DNA of 63,051 nucleotides, counting the filler. It is 7 parts of 7 records of this genome, joined end to end, with 100 filler letters (N's around TTAATTAATTAA, not from the genome) between each part and the next. Parts side by side here need not be neighbours in the genome. Positions count along the whole stretch, not along the records: positions 1 to 11,039 come from SRR31156797_44152; positions 11,140 to 29,242 come from SRR31156797_44155; 5 more parts are not named here. One strand, given 5' to 3'. A model generated the notes under the pieces. That model saw only the letters and a program-made list of their open reading frames with translations, ran no database searches and had not been told where the DNA came from. This document shows, piece by piece, positions 1-11,140 of the stretch (its first letter is position 1; every line of letters begins with the position of its first letter). The position numbers and the translations under genes are program-made.

Positions 1-105
1 AAACGCGGTCATCGTCAGGGTTACACCATGATCAAGATCGGTGCTATCACTGTTGGTAAGCCTAAAGCTGCACCTAAAGCAAGCGAAAAGAAAGAAAAGG
101 AATAA
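1..105 (+). CDS. rplU: 50S ribosomal protein L21, C-terminal fragment (5' truncated)
   Basis: Frame 1 reads KRGHRQGYTMIKIGAI...KEKE*; GHRQ motif of L21, directly upstream of rpmA. Confidence 0.9.
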   Translation, partial: KRGHRQGYTMIKIGAITVGKPKAAPKASEKKEKE

Positions 106-108
106 CAA

Positions 109-360
109 ATGGCACATAAGAAAGGTCAAGGTAGTTCGAATAACGGTCGTGACTCAAACCCCCAGTACCTGGGTGTCAAACGCTATGGTGGTCAGCAGGT
201 AACAGCGGGTACAATTATTGTACGTCAGCGCGGAACAAAATTCTTCCCCGGTGAAAATGCTAAGATCGGTGGAGATGATACGATCTTTGCTACAGCAGAT
301 GGTGTTGTTGAATTTGGTTTAAAACGCGGTCGTAAAATGGTTAATATTTTAGCTGCCTAA
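109..360 (+). CDS. rpmA: 50S ribosomal protein L27
   Basis: [24 protein letters not shown]...[10 protein letters not shown] signature. Confidence 0.98.
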   Translation: MAHKKGQGSSNNGRDSNPQYLGVKRYGGQQVTAGTIIVRQRGTKFFPGENAKIGGDDTIFATADGVVEFGLKRGRKMVNILAA

Positions 361-383
361 GCGATATTTAAAGAATTACGATG

Positions 384-409
384 AACCCTGTCAGTAGACA
401 GGGTTTTTT
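384..409 (+). terminator. Rho-independent terminator
   Basis: AACCCTGTC-AGTA-GACAGGGTT followed by T run, after rpmA. Confidence 0.8.
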
Positions 410-420
410 GTTACCGGCAA

Positions 421-455
421 CTTTTTACTTTTGCCTTTTTACTTTTAGCTTTTTT
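421..455. repeat. Degenerate heptamer tandem repeat (CTTTT[T/G/A]N x5)
   Basis: CTTTTTA CTTTTGC CTTTTTA CTTTTAG CTTTTTT. Confidence 0.55.
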
Positions 456-486
456 TCCTACATTTGCAAAAAGAAAAGAGTAATCC

Positions 487-1005
487 ATGAGTAATGATAA
501 AAAAAACACTTTTGCACACGTTTGGGCTCCCTGGCGTATGGAATATATTCGCATACCAAAAGAAGATAAACCTCAAGGTTGTATATTTTGCAATAAACCG
601 AAAGATGACAAAGATAAAGATGACCTGATCCTGTATCGGGGAAAGCATGTTTTTGTCATTATGAACCGCTATCCGTATAGTAATGGCCATCTTATGGTTG
701 TTCCATATAGGCATCTAAGTGATTACAATGATCTTACGAAAGATGAATTGACCGAGATTGGAATAGTAACCCAAAGATGCATTGAGGTCTTGAAGAGCAA
801 AATGAGTCCGCAGGGCTTCAATGTCGGCTTCAATGTCGGTGAATCAGCCGGAGCCGGTATTGCGGAACATATTCATCAGCATATTGTCCCACGTTGGACA
901 GGTGATACGAACTTTATGCCGGTGCTATGCCATACCAAGGTCATGGTAGATGGTCTGAATGAATGTTGGGTGGAACTTAAGAAAGCTTTTGACGCATATA
1001 AATAA
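487..1005 (+). CDS. HIT-family hydrolase (Ap4A hydrolase/phosphorylase-like)
   Basis: WAPWRMEYI, CIFC, NRYPYSNGHLMV, HIHQHIVPRW HIT motif. Confidence 0.92.
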   Translation: MSNDKKNTFAHVWAPWRMEYIRIPKEDKPQGCIFCNKPKDDKDKDDLILYRGKHVFVIMNRYPYSNGHLMVVPYRHLSDYNDLTKDELTEIGIVTQRCIEVLKSKMSPQGFNVGFNVGESAGAGIAEHIHQHIVPRWTGDTNFMPVLCHTKVMVDGLNECWVELKKAFDAYK

Positions 1006-1007
1006 TC

Positions 1008-1841
1008 ATGAATACAAGAAAACCCGCAGTTGCAGGTCAATTTTATCCCGGTGATAGAAAAGCACTGATCGAAATGTTAAGGGAACTGTTTTCATCTGTA
1101 GATAAAGATGATTTACCGGTAAATAACAATATTAATGCACTGGTTTCACCTCATGCGGGATATGTGTTCTCTGGCCGTCAAGCTGCAAAAGCATACAGGT
1201 ATTTGAAAAATAGACGATATAAACTGGTTTGTATTATTTCTCCAAGCCATAGAGAGTACTTTCCGGGCATATCAATTTATCCGGGTGATGCATATAAAAC
1301 ACCCTTAGGTCTTTGTCCTGTAGATATCAAGGCCAGAGAAGTGGCTCTATCGCTTGACGGAGTAGTATCCGGATCAGAAGGACATAAAACCGAACATGCC
1401 TTGGAGGTCCAGTTACCTTTTATTCAAAATATTTTAGGTGATATTCCCATTCTGCCGATGGTAATGGGTGATCAAAGCCAAGTATTCATTGATAAAGCGG
1501 CAGAATGTATAAAAAAACTATACGGAACATATCATGAAGATATTTTGTTCATTGCTTCCTCGGACTTATCTCATTTTCATTCTGCAGAAGTAGCGAAGAA
1601 AATGGATAGCGAGTTCATTTCATTATTGGATAGGGCTGCAACGGAAAAGATCTATGATAAATTAAGTAATGAAGAACTGGAAGCATGTGGAGGAGGTCCT
1701 ATTCTTGCGATCATGAAAGGATTGAAAATAACAGAACAAGAGGTCAAGGTGTTAGGTTACAGTCATTCCGGTGAAATATTGAATGATAATGATTCGGTTG
1801 TCGGGTATACCTCGGCTATTATGATAAAGGAAAATCAATGA
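1008..1841 (+). CDS. amrB: AmmeMemoRadiSam system protein B (MEMO1 family)
   Basis: RKPAVAGQFYP, SPHAGYVFSG, EHALEVQLPF, SSDLSH, CGGGP, VVGY. Confidence 0.9.
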   Translation: MNTRKPAVAGQFYPGDRKALIEMLRELFSSVDKDDLPVNNNINALVSPHAGYVFSGRQAAKAYRYLKNRRYKLVCIISPSHREYFPGISIYPGDAYKTPLGLCPVDIKAREVALSLDGVVSGSEGHKTEHALEVQLPFIQNILGDIPILPMVMGDQSQVFIDKAAECIKKLYGTYHEDILFIASSDLSHFHSAEVAKKMDSEFISLLDRAATEKIYDKLSNEELEACGGGPILAIMKGLKITEQEVKVLGYSHSGEILNDNDSVVGYTSAIMIKENQ

Positions 1842-2812
1842 TGGAAATTGTACTATATAATGAGAATGAGCACGTATTTTGGGATGATTTCGTAAAACAG
1901 GCGAATAATGGCACCATATTTCATGAACGAAAATTTCTAAACTACCATCCTAAAGGACGTTTTAAAGATCATTCTCTGATCTTTATGGAAAAAGGTAAGC
2001 CCATTGCTGTTTTTCCTGCTGTTGATGTCGATATCAATGGAAAACGTACGTTGCTCTCTCACCGGGGTTCTTCTTATGGTGGGATCGTCCAGCTCATGAA
2101 TCAGGGTATCGAAAAGAACATGAAGATCGTGAAAGCCCTGAACAAATATGCCACAAAACAAGGTTTTGAAACTATTATCATGACATTGCCGCCTGACATA
2201 TATAACCATCAATTGAATAATTATCTTGAATTTTCCTGTTTCAATGAAGGCTATACATATCTTAAACGCGAAATATCTTCAGTTTTAAAGCTGGAGGATG
2301 ATATTGACAAAAATCTGGCAAAGTTCAAAAGCTCTCATCGCACGGCGTATCGTCGAGGTGTAAAGATGGGTGTTGTTGTCAGGGAATCTGAAGATTATGA
2401 GGCCTTTTACGCTATTTTAAAGAACAATCTCAAGATCAGGCATGGCGTGGATCCCACCCATACTTTAAAAGAGCTTCTGAAGCTTAAAAAACTATATTCG
2501 GAAAACATCAGATTATACGGTGCCTATATTGATGATACCATGATAGCCGGAATCGTCATGTTCGATGCCAACGAACTTGTTACTCTGGCATTTTATATTT
2601 CTCATGATGAGGAATATCAAGAGTATAGAGGTGTAAATGTTTTGTTCAAGGATGTGATCGCAGATAGTATTAAAAGAGGTTTTCAATATCTCGATTATGG
2701 TATTTTTACGGTCAATATGGAACCGAACTACGGCTTGGCTCGCTTTAAAGAGAATTTTGGTGCCGGAGGTGTTTTTCGTGACACCTTGAAGATAGAATTC
2801 GAAAATAAATAA
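1838..2812 (+). CDS. GNAT/FemAB-like N-acyltransferase (surface-glycan associated)
   Basis: WDDFV..NGTIFHERKFLNYH..RFKDHSL, SYGG, LDYGI, GLARFKENFGA. Confidence 0.75.
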   Translation: MMEIVLYNENEHVFWDDFVKQANNGTIFHERKFLNYHPKGRFKDHSLIFMEKGKPIAVFPAVDVDINGKRTLLSHRGSSYGGIVQLMNQGIEKNMKIVKALNKYATKQGFETIIMTLPPDIYNHQLNNYLEFSCFNEGYTYLKREISSVLKLEDDIDKNLAKFKSSHRTAYRRGVKMGVVVRESEDYEAFYAILKNNLKIRHGVDPTHTLKELLKLKKLYSENIRLYGAYIDDTMIAGIVMFDANELVTLAFYISHDEEYQEYRGVNVLFKDVIADSIKRGFQYLDYGIFTVNMEPNYGLARFKENFGAGGVFRDTLKIEFENK

Positions 2813-2826
2813 TAAAAATGAATTGA

Positions 2827-2856
2827 TGTAAGGACGCGATGCATCGCGTCCCTACA
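2827..2856. repeat. REP-like palindrome (GTAG-type)
   Basis: TGTAAGGACGCGAT-GC-ATCGCGTCCCTACA; related copy at 5770-5793. Confidence 0.65.
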
Positions 2857-2878
2857 ACAAAGGGCTTAAAGACCAAGT

Positions 2879-4330
2879 ATGATAAAACAGGACATTCTCA
2901 GACTCAGCAAGCAAACGGTGATCTACGGTATCGGTTATGTTGCCGCCCGGATGATCAATTTTCTGCTTCTGCCATTTTATTCTTATCATATTACTCCTGA
3001 AGAATATGGAGTTGTCTCACTCGTTTATGCCTTTATCGCATTTTTAAACATTATATATCATTATGGGCTTGAAAGCGCATTCTTAAGGTTCTATTCCAAA
3101 GCGGGCAGCTCTGAAGGATTTGAAAAGAAAGACGTATTTACGACGGTTTATTCTTCTATCCTAATTACCAGTATTGCTTTTTCCCTTATGCTTTGGATCA
3201 CATCTCCGACGATCAGTCGCTGGATCCTGCATTCGGTGGATTTTACAAATATCATCCGAATGACGGCAGGTATTCTCCTTTTAGATGCCTTGTATCTTAT
3301 ACCTCTGCATTACTTGCGGATAAATAATAAAGCTTCAATATTCACAAGTATAACCTTGGTTAATGTGCTGATCAACGTAGGTTTGAACATATATTTGATA
3401 CGTTTCAGGGGCATGGGCCTTGAGGCGATCTTTATCTCGAATCTCGCTGCATCGGGATTTTCTTTTCTCGTTCTATTACCGGTCGTATTTAAGAATTTAA
3501 AAGGCAAAATATCCCGTGATCTTTGGAAAAAACTGATTTTATTTGGATTACCTTTCGTGCCTAGCGGATTATCCAGCATGATCATTGAACTCAGTGACCG
3601 GTATATGCTGGAATGGTTCAAGGGTATGGAGGATGTAGGACTTTACTCAGCCGGACACAAACTTGGTATTTTTATGATGTTGGTCGTGATGGCTTTCCGT
3701 TTCGCCTGGCAACCGTTTTTTCTGCAAAAACATGATGACCCCAATGCCCCGAAATTGTTCTCCAAGATCATGACATGGTTTGTTTTCTTGATGACTATCG
3801 TATTTTTGGGGGTTTCATTCTTTATTAAAGAGATAGTTGCACTAGAAGTATTTGGCAGGCACATTATTGCGGAGAGCTTCTGGCCGGGTATTGTTGTTGT
3901 ACCGCTGATCCTGGCAGCCTACCTTTTCAATGGGATCTATATTAATTTCCATCCATCGATATTTTATACAGGGAAGACTTGGGTTATAACCATTGTTGTG
4001 GGTATAGCTGCAGCAATAAACGTTATTCTCAATCTTATACTTATTCCTCAGGTCGGTATGATCGGTGCCGGAATTTCCTCTTTATCTGCCTACGTTTTTA
4101 TGGCGGTATGCACCTACATGATCGTTCGTAAATGGATGCATGTACCTTATGAATGGTTTAAACTCGCTATTATGTTCATTTTGACCCTTGGATCAGCGAT
4201 CGTATTTTACGTTTTTCAGATACAAGCCGTATGGTTAAAACTGTTGATCGTGTTTACATATGCTTTGATCGTTCTGTTTATTATTTTTCCAAGAAAACAA
4301 GGAAAAGGACTTGTCGAACCGACTGCTTAA
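2879..4330 (+). CDS. Wzx-like oligosaccharide flippase
   Basis: Many TM helices; KQTVIYG, FLLLPFY..PEEYG, DRYML, GLYSA, AWQP. Confidence 0.88.
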   Translation: MIKQDILRLSKQTVIYGIGYVAARMINFLLLPFYSYHITPEEYGVVSLVYAFIAFLNIIYHYGLESAFLRFYSKAGSSEGFEKKDVFTTVYSSILITSIAFSLMLWITSPTISRWILHSVDFTNIIRMTAGILLLDALYLIPLHYLRINNKASIFTSITLVNVLINVGLNIYLIRFRGMGLEAIFISNLAASGFSFLVLLPVVFKNLKGKISRDLWKKLILFGLPFVPSGLSSMIIELSDRYMLEWFKGMEDVGLYSAGHKLGIFMMLVVMAFRFAWQPFFLQKHDDPNAPKLFSKIMTWFVFLMTIVFLGVSFFIKEIVALEVFGRHIIAESFWPGIVVVPLILAAYLFNGIYINFHPSIFYTGKTWVITIVVGIAAAINVILNLILIPQVGMIGAGISSLSAYVFMAVCTYMIVRKWMHVPYEWFKLAIMFILTLGSAIVFYVFQIQAVWLKLLIVFTYALIVLFIIFPRKQGKGLVEPTA

Positions 4331-5726
4331 ACATTCCATGATCTATACGGGTGGCAATATTTTTGCCCGAGGATTGAATTTTATCATCCAGGTTTCCATC
4401 TGGTCCAATCTTTTTCCGCCGGATGCATATGGTCAGATAGCGTATTGCTATGTTTTTATATCATTTATGGCAGTAGTTCTTCCATTAGGACTTGATGCAG
4501 CATTTATGAATTATTTTGTTCGTGGCAAGAATAAAGCTGCTTATTTGAAGAATACGCTCTTTTTGATCACAACATTGGCTATTTCATTTGTGCTGATCGC
4601 TATGTTGTTAAAAAATCAATTGGCGCCTTTTACCATCCGGCAGGATTCCGGTAAGCTTCTTGGGCTTTCGCTGGGGATCCTGTTTTTTGATATTATGAAT
4701 AACCAGGGTCTTCTTTATTTGCGTGCCGAAGGCAAAGCGATGCTTTCCGTTATTTTGCAGAATATCGAGATCGTTATAAGGCTGGTGCTATTACTGATCC
4801 TGGTATTTTCTTTGTCTAAAGATATTCAGTATATACTCTGGGCAAATCTGGCCTCATCGGGAACGATATTTATTGTGTTTTTGTTCATTTTAGCTCCTAG
4901 GATAAAGGGTGCAAAGATATCGAAAAGCATTATGTCGGAATTGCTGTTCTTTGGATTGCCGTTCCTGATATCCGGGATTTTTGACCGGACCATCGAATTG
5001 GCAGACAGGCGTTTGATAGGTTATTATTTGGGTGATGAAGCAACTGGGCTTTATGTGGCATCTTATACGGTAGCTGTTTTGATGCGCTTACTGATCTACA
5101 GTTTTAATGCAGGATGGCAACCCTATTTTCTATCAAAGATCGATCATGAAGAGGGGAGAGCCAAGCTGGAAAAGATCCATTTACAAACAGGTGTCATATT
5201 TGTTGTGATCTGGTTCATTGCATCCTTGTGGGTTCCGGAATTGATCAAGATCTCTCTTGGACAGGGACGTCACATCTTGCATTCATCCTATTGGGAAGGC
5301 ATTCCTGTGATCCCTGTGATCATGGGCGCTTATGTTATGATGGGATTATATTTTTTACAGCTTCCTGTGCTGTATCATCAGAAAAAAACAGCCCTGAATG
5401 CTCTGTTTATTGGCCTGGGAGCTGCCATTAACCTTGGACTTAACGTTCTACTTATTCCGCGAATGGGCATTATGGGAGCTGCTATTGCAACAGCCGCCGC
5501 CTATGTCGTCATGGTTTTATGTATTCGCATTTGGAGTATGGCAAAAACAGATATCGGATGGAAAGATATTAAACTGTTGATCATCATGTTTCTCTCGGTA
5601 AGTATTTTTATTGGGATGCAATATTTGGAGATCGGAATTACACTCAAAATTATTATTTCTATAGCTTATCTTGGGATGGTATATTTTATTCAACCGATAA
5701 GAGTTGGGGAATTGTTAAAGCGTTGA
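4311..5726 (+). CDS. Second Wzx-like flippase (TTG start)
   Basis: Paralogous motifs (KHSMIY, DRRLI, GLYVA, GWQP); AAGGA before TTG. Confidence 0.85.
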   Translation: MSNRLLKHSMIYTGGNIFARGLNFIIQVSIWSNLFPPDAYGQIAYCYVFISFMAVVLPLGLDAAFMNYFVRGKNKAAYLKNTLFLITTLAISFVLIAMLLKNQLAPFTIRQDSGKLLGLSLGILFFDIMNNQGLLYLRAEGKAMLSVILQNIEIVIRLVLLLILVFSLSKDIQYILWANLASSGTIFIVFLFILAPRIKGAKISKSIMSELLFFGLPFLISGIFDRTIELADRRLIGYYLGDEATGLYVASYTVAVLMRLLIYSFNAGWQPYFLSKIDHEEGRAKLEKIHLQTGVIFVVIWFIASLWVPELIKISLGQGRHILHSSYWEGIPVIPVIMGAYVMMGLYFLQLPVLYHQKKTALNALFIGLGAAINLGLNVLLIPRMGIMGAAIATAAAYVVMVLCIRIWSMAKTDIGWKDIKLLIIMFLSVSIFIGMQYLEIGITLKIIISIAYLGMVYFIQPIRVGELLKR

Positions 5727-5753
5727 TTTGTTGATTTGTTAATGTGTTGAATT
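5722..5753. repeat. Degenerate octamer tandem repeat (GTTGATTT x4)
   Basis: GTTGATTT GTTGATTT GTTAATGT GTTGAATT. Confidence 0.55.
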
Positions 5754-5769
5754 AAATTAAAATAATAAA

Positions 5770-5793
5770 AAAGACGCGAGTTATCGCGTCTTT
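5770..5793. terminator. REP-like hairpin / bidirectional terminator between convergent genes
   Basis: AAAGACGCGA-GTTA-TCGCGTCTTT. Confidence 0.65.
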
Positions 5794-5815
5794 ATACTTT
5801 ATGTGGTTTTATATC

Positions 5816-6967
5816 TTATGTTAAGTCTTGATAGATATTTTCCAACTTCTTAACGACCACTTTTTTATCAAAGCGCGCTACAGCATCTTTACGGATCTTT
5901 TTAGCATCATACTTTTCGGGATTTTCGATCATTTCTTTCATCGCTTCAGAAAGAGCGATGGGATTATCGATCGGGACAAGTATACCGTTCTGTTTATTGA
6001 TAATATCCGTTGCTCCACCGATATTTCCACCGATCACTGGAATACCACAGGAAAGAGCTTCTGCCAAAACCACTCCGAATGTTTCCATCTTGGAACAAAG
6101 CATGCATACATCCGCTTTTTGCATATTTTTCAAAACAACATCTTTGCCGGTATCGCGTACGAATTCCACTTGACGCGTCAAACTATGTTCTTGTGCCAGT
6201 TCTTTCAATTTTTGATATTCGGGTCCGTCACCGACTATGCGGATCTTTGCAAGATGCGTATTGCCGATCGCAACAAAGGATTCAATGATCTTGTCTATGC
6301 GCTTTTCGGGTCTAAGCATGGCAACAATAAGGTATGTATAACGGTTAACGAAAGGTTTTTTATCTAAAGGTTTGAAAAAGTCCGTATCCACCATATTGGG
6401 AACCACATGCGCTTTACAGGTATCAGGGATATGGAAATACTGCTCTATGCGGTTCATAACAGCCGTAGAGGGTGTTATCAAGCCTTGGATCTTATCATAT
6501 GTTCCTTGGATCAAGCCATGCTGAAAATCAGAAAAACCATGGTAGATCAAGAATTCTTTCAAATGTTCAGAAACAATGATGGGGATGTTCATGTCGTAAG
6601 ATACCAATGCCGCACCCGCCCACAGAGATGAATGAGCATGAAAAAGATCGGGAGTACCTTCTTTTTCCATTACGGCATCCAATTGAGTTTTTAGCAATTG
6701 CTGATACCGTTTATAAAATGCTTCCGGTTTCTTAGGGTGTTTATTTATAACAAGCTGCTGATAAGTCTTAACATTGTTTTCGGTGTATTCATGGACACCA
6801 AGATCTTTGCGAACCTCAAAATAGTCTTTTAATGAAACGATCTCAGTTGCTATAACAACCACCTCATGTCCGGCTTCCGCCAATTTTTCCGCATGTTCTT
6901 TAAAGAAGGTGCCGTTAATGGGTTTAGTGGGGTAGGGGTACCAGGATGGAATAACAAAGATTTTCAT
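5816..6967 (-). CDS. Glycosyltransferase family 4
   Basis: IPSWYP, HAHS, ETFGVVLAEALSCGIPVI (E-x7-E). Confidence 0.92.
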   Translation of the reverse strand: MKIFVIPSWYPYPTKPINGTFFKEHAEKLAEAGHEVVVIATEIVSLKDYFEVRKDLGVHEYTENNVKTYQQLVINKHPKKPEAFYKRYQQLLKTQLDAVMEKEGTPDLFHAHSSLWAGAALVSYDMNIPIIVSEHLKEFLIYHGFSDFQHGLIQGTYDKIQGLITPSTAVMNRIEQYFHIPDTCKAHVVPNMVDTDFFKPLDKKPFVNRYTYLIVAMLRPEKRIDKIIESFVAIGNTHLAKIRIVGDGPEYQKLKELAQEHSLTRQVEFVRDTGKDVVLKNMQKADVCMLCSKMETFGVVLAEALSCGIPVIGGNIGGATDIINKQNGILVPIDNPIALSEAMKEMIENPEKYDAKKIRKDAVARFDKKVVVKKLENIYQDLT

Positions 6968-6970
6968 AGT

Positions 6971-7774
6971 TTAGATTCGATTGTTTATGTTTAAAAAGAT
7001 AGTTTCTACTTTATAGTTTTTTTCGCACCAGGTCTGCAGAGCTTTTATTCCAAGCGTTTCGGACCAATAGTGACCGAGGTTAATATAATTCGTTTTACTT
7101 TCGAATGCAATAGCCGGAATTTGTTCTCTGATGTCTCCTCCGACAAAGGTATCGATACCTATTTTCAACGAAGGTTCATAATAAGAACCGGAACCACCTG
7201 AGACAATTGCCATCTTTTCGGGTACTTCAGGTCCAAAATCGCAATGATCGATCCCAAAAGTCTTTCCCGGTTTAATGCCCTCCGGAGTAATATCACCTTC
7301 ATTGTCTGTGCCCAGTTTTTCATGAAATGCTTTTATGATCTCTGTTCGGTTCATTTTGGCTGTATTTTTTGCAATAAAACCGACTTCGAAGGGTTCAATG
7401 ATATCTGCAGAAATACAGGCTGCCAATTGAGCATTATTTCCTAATTCGCGATGGCCGTCCAGAGGCAGATGAATGCCATAAAGGGAGATGTCAGCATCCA
7501 ACAAAGCTTTGACCTTGGTTTTTTCTCTTCCTGTAACAGAAAAGAAATCTTTCCCGAAGATTCCATGATGTACGATCAATGCATCTGCATTGTTCTCAAT
7601 GGCCGCTTCAACAGCCAGGAGATTGTAAGACACCGCAAACGCGATCTTTTTGATCGTATCCCGGCCTTCAACCTGCAGTCCGTTCAGGCAATAATCTTCA
7701 TAATCTTCATATCTGAATAATTGCTTGAGCGCATCAGATAATTCTTGTCGTTTTACCATACTATTCACCTCCAA
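6971..7774 (-). CDS. Nif3-like dinuclear metal centre protein (start may be 7759)
   Basis: NGLQVEG, VHHG, HLPLDGH, GHYWSE. Confidence 0.92.
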   Translation of the reverse strand: MEVNSMVKRQELSDALKQLFRYEDYEDYCLNGLQVEGRDTIKKIAFAVSYNLLAVEAAIENNADALIVHHGIFGKDFFSVTGREKTKVKALLDADISLYGIHLPLDGHRELGNNAQLAACISADIIEPFEVGFIAKNTAKMNRTEIIKAFHEKLGTDNEGDITPEGIKPGKTFGIDHCDFGPEVPEKMAIVSGGSGSYYEPSLKIGIDTFVGGDIREQIPAIAFESKTNYINLGHYWSETLGIKALQTWCEKNYKVETIFLNINNRI

Positions 7775-8630
7775 TGACCAGGGTGATCACTACCGGACGA
7801 TGGTCTGAAATATTTTCCAGATACTCGGTCCAGCGGCCGTCTAAATAGGTATCATATAATAATGTATTTGTTTCATAATGCGCAGAAAAAAGTTCGTTTG
7901 TAATGGCAATATGGTCAATATGCGATGGATAACTGGGGTAGGACCAGTTTAGGTTTGACCCTTGAGCAATACTAAGATCGGTGAAAAAGTAAGATTGTTG
8001 GTCATCCAGCATTGCCTCAAAAACATTATTGGTTTCGTCGGTTAATTCATCATTCATATCGCCCAGGATCACAACGCGTTCATCATCCAGGTTTTCATCA
8101 ATGTATTCATCCAGTAATTCAATGGCTTCACGACGTCTTTCAATATTCTCTATATCACCATATGCTTTCAGGTGATTGTTGATAATAACAATTTTTTTTC
8201 CATTCCAATTTGCTTCCATTACAAAGGGTGGGCGAGGGAATGGGCTCCAATATGTCGTATATATCTCATAAGGAGTGCTATATAACGCAACTTGTGATGA
8301 ATTGTAAAGATAAGCTAAGCCCCAGGAGCCACCACCCGGTCCAATAGCATAGTCATAGTCATCCAGTTCATCCGCAAGATCGCTTAAAGATGATTCAGAG
8401 CTTATTTCCTGCAGAGCAATAATATCCGGTTGCAGGGCAAGAACCGCATCCTTCATGTAATCGACACTGGCAGAACTGTTAGATGGAAAAAGATGAAGGT
8501 TCCATGTCATAATATCCAGGGTATCACCGGAATTGAAAGAAGGGATAGTATCATCGTCATCATCCGGAATATCGATGGCGCAGGAAAATAATAGAACCAG
8601 GATACTGAGAATTAAAATTAAGTGTTTCAG
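7761..8630 (-). CDS. Endonuclease/exonuclease/phosphatase-family lipoprotein (probable CTG start)
   Basis: TWN, DIIALQEI, NHLK, GDMN, IDHI, SDHRPV motifs; frame stays open upstream through a signal peptide with lipobox LFSC. Confidence 0.85.
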   Translation of the reverse strand: MKHLILILSILVLLFSCAIDIPDDDDDTIPSFNSGDTLDIMTWNLHLFPSNSSASVDYMKDAVLALQPDIIALQEISSESSLSDLADELDDYDYAIGPGGGSWGLAYLYNSSQVALYSTPYEIYTTYWSPFPRPPFVMEANWNGKKIVIINNHLKAYGDIENIERRREAIELLDEYIDENLDDERVVILGDMNDELTDETNNVFEAMLDDQQSYFFTDLSIAQGSNLNWSYPSYPSHIDHIAITNELFSAHYETNTLLYDTYLDGRWTEYLENISDHRPVVITLVIGGE

Positions 8631-9028
8631 GTCAGCTCCGTTTCCACTATATATTTCTGATTGACCATGGAGATATGTCTGATCCTTATCCTGGGAGCTA
8701 ATTCTTCAGTCAAGATCCGGGTATTAATGCGCATCGTTGGGTAATCAACGTCAATAAATGGAATACTTTTTGTATAGCGTTGAAAAAAAGACATAAGCAT
8801 ATCTGCGATCTTGCGATTGGAGAGAATATGCAAGGTTAAAATATCATCCTGAAAGTTGATAAAATCCAAGTCGACCTTGATCTCACCGATCACTGGTGCC
8901 TTCATCGTCAATATGATGGTATCAGCCGGTTTCTCAATATCAAAATGCAGTTCTTTCAGCAAGATCATATTGGGAGAAAAGTCTCCTGCAAAATGAAAAT
9001 GGTCTAATGTCAGTGTTAAAGTTTTCAT
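8627..9028 (-). CDS. Hypothetical protein
   Basis: 133-aa ORF whose stop overlaps the next start; no motif recognised. Confidence 0.6.
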   Translation of the reverse strand: MKTLTLTLDHFHFAGDFSPNMILLKELHFDIEKPADTIILTMKAPVIGEIKVDLDFINFQDDILTLHILSNRKIADMLMSFFQRYTKSIPFIDVDYPTMRINTRILTEELAPRIRIRHISMVNQKYIVETELT

Positions 9029-9138
9029 GCCGTAAAAATAAAGAATAACATGTTAAGAAAAAACAAAATAATTGTATCTCTTCACCCAAAAATGTGTAGT
9101 AAAATCACCCAAAACATTTTATATTTTATGACATTTGA

Positions 9139-10158
<1,020 letters not shown>

Positions 10159-10174
10159 TTGTCATAAATCACTC

Positions 10175-10205
10175 AAAGACTGCTCGGAAGAGCAGTCTTT
10201 GTTTT
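10175..10205 (+). terminator. Rho-independent terminator
   Basis: AAAGACTGCTC-GGAA-GAGCAGTCTTT then GTTTT. Confidence 0.8.
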
Positions 10206-10215
10206 AATAATCCTT

Positions 10216-11039
10216 ATGTCAAAGATCAAATTCATATTTGCCTTGCATAACCATCAGCCCGTCGGAAACTTCGATGATGTATTTGAACTTGCCTATGAAA
10301 AATCTTATATGCCGTTCATTGAGCTCTTGAAGAAAAATCCGAATTTATCAGTGTCACTGCATTATAGCGGACCTCTTTTGGAATGGCTGATCGCTCATAA
10401 ACCCGAGTTCCTTGAAAATATCAACATTCTTACGGATCAAGGTAAGGTTGAGCTTTTATCAAGTGCTTATTATGAACCGATGTTGACCCTTCTGCCGGAA
10501 GCGGATCGGATCGGCCAGATAAAGCTTCAAAATTCATTGCTAAGAGATGTTTTTGGCTTTGCACCCAAGGGCATGTGGTTACCCGAAAGAGTTTGGTCTC
10601 TTGATCTGCCTTATGCAATCTGTGAGAGCGGACTTAAATACACGGTCATAGACGAACATCATGTGAGTAATGAACGTCCCGTAAAGGGCTATTATAACAC
10701 GGAATCCGAGGGCCGTACCATCGGAGTGTTTGCCATTTCGGAAAAATTGCGTGAAATGATACCTTATGCGGATCCTCAGGAAGTCATTGATTATCTTTTA
10801 TCGCAAGCTACAGATAATGATCAGGATGTCATCGCTTTCATGGAAAATGGGGAAAAATTCGGTATTTATCCCGATTCAGAATCTCATGTAGCATGGTTAC
10901 ATAAGTTCTTTGAATTGCTGAATGATAATCAAGACAGGATCGAAACGATCTCATTCAAGGATTATTGGGAACACTTCCCACCCAAAGGCTTGACCTATCC
11001 CACAGAAGGTGGTTATCCTGAAATGGATGAATGGGCAAG
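10216..11039 (+). CDS. GH57 4-alpha-glucanotransferase/amylase-like protein (3' truncated)
   Basis: HNHQPVGN, WLPERVW, GEKFG, YPEMDEWA. Confidence 0.88.
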
Positions 11040-11139
11040 NNNNNNNNNNNNNNNNNNNNNNNNNNNNNNNNNNNNNNNNNNNNTTAATTAATTAANNNNN
11101 NNNNNNNNNNNNNNNNNNNNNNNNNNNNNNNNNNNNNNN
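11040..11139. other. Artificial contig spacer
   Basis: N run with central TTAATTAATTAA (stops in all six frames). Confidence 0.99.
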
Positions 11140-11140
11140 C

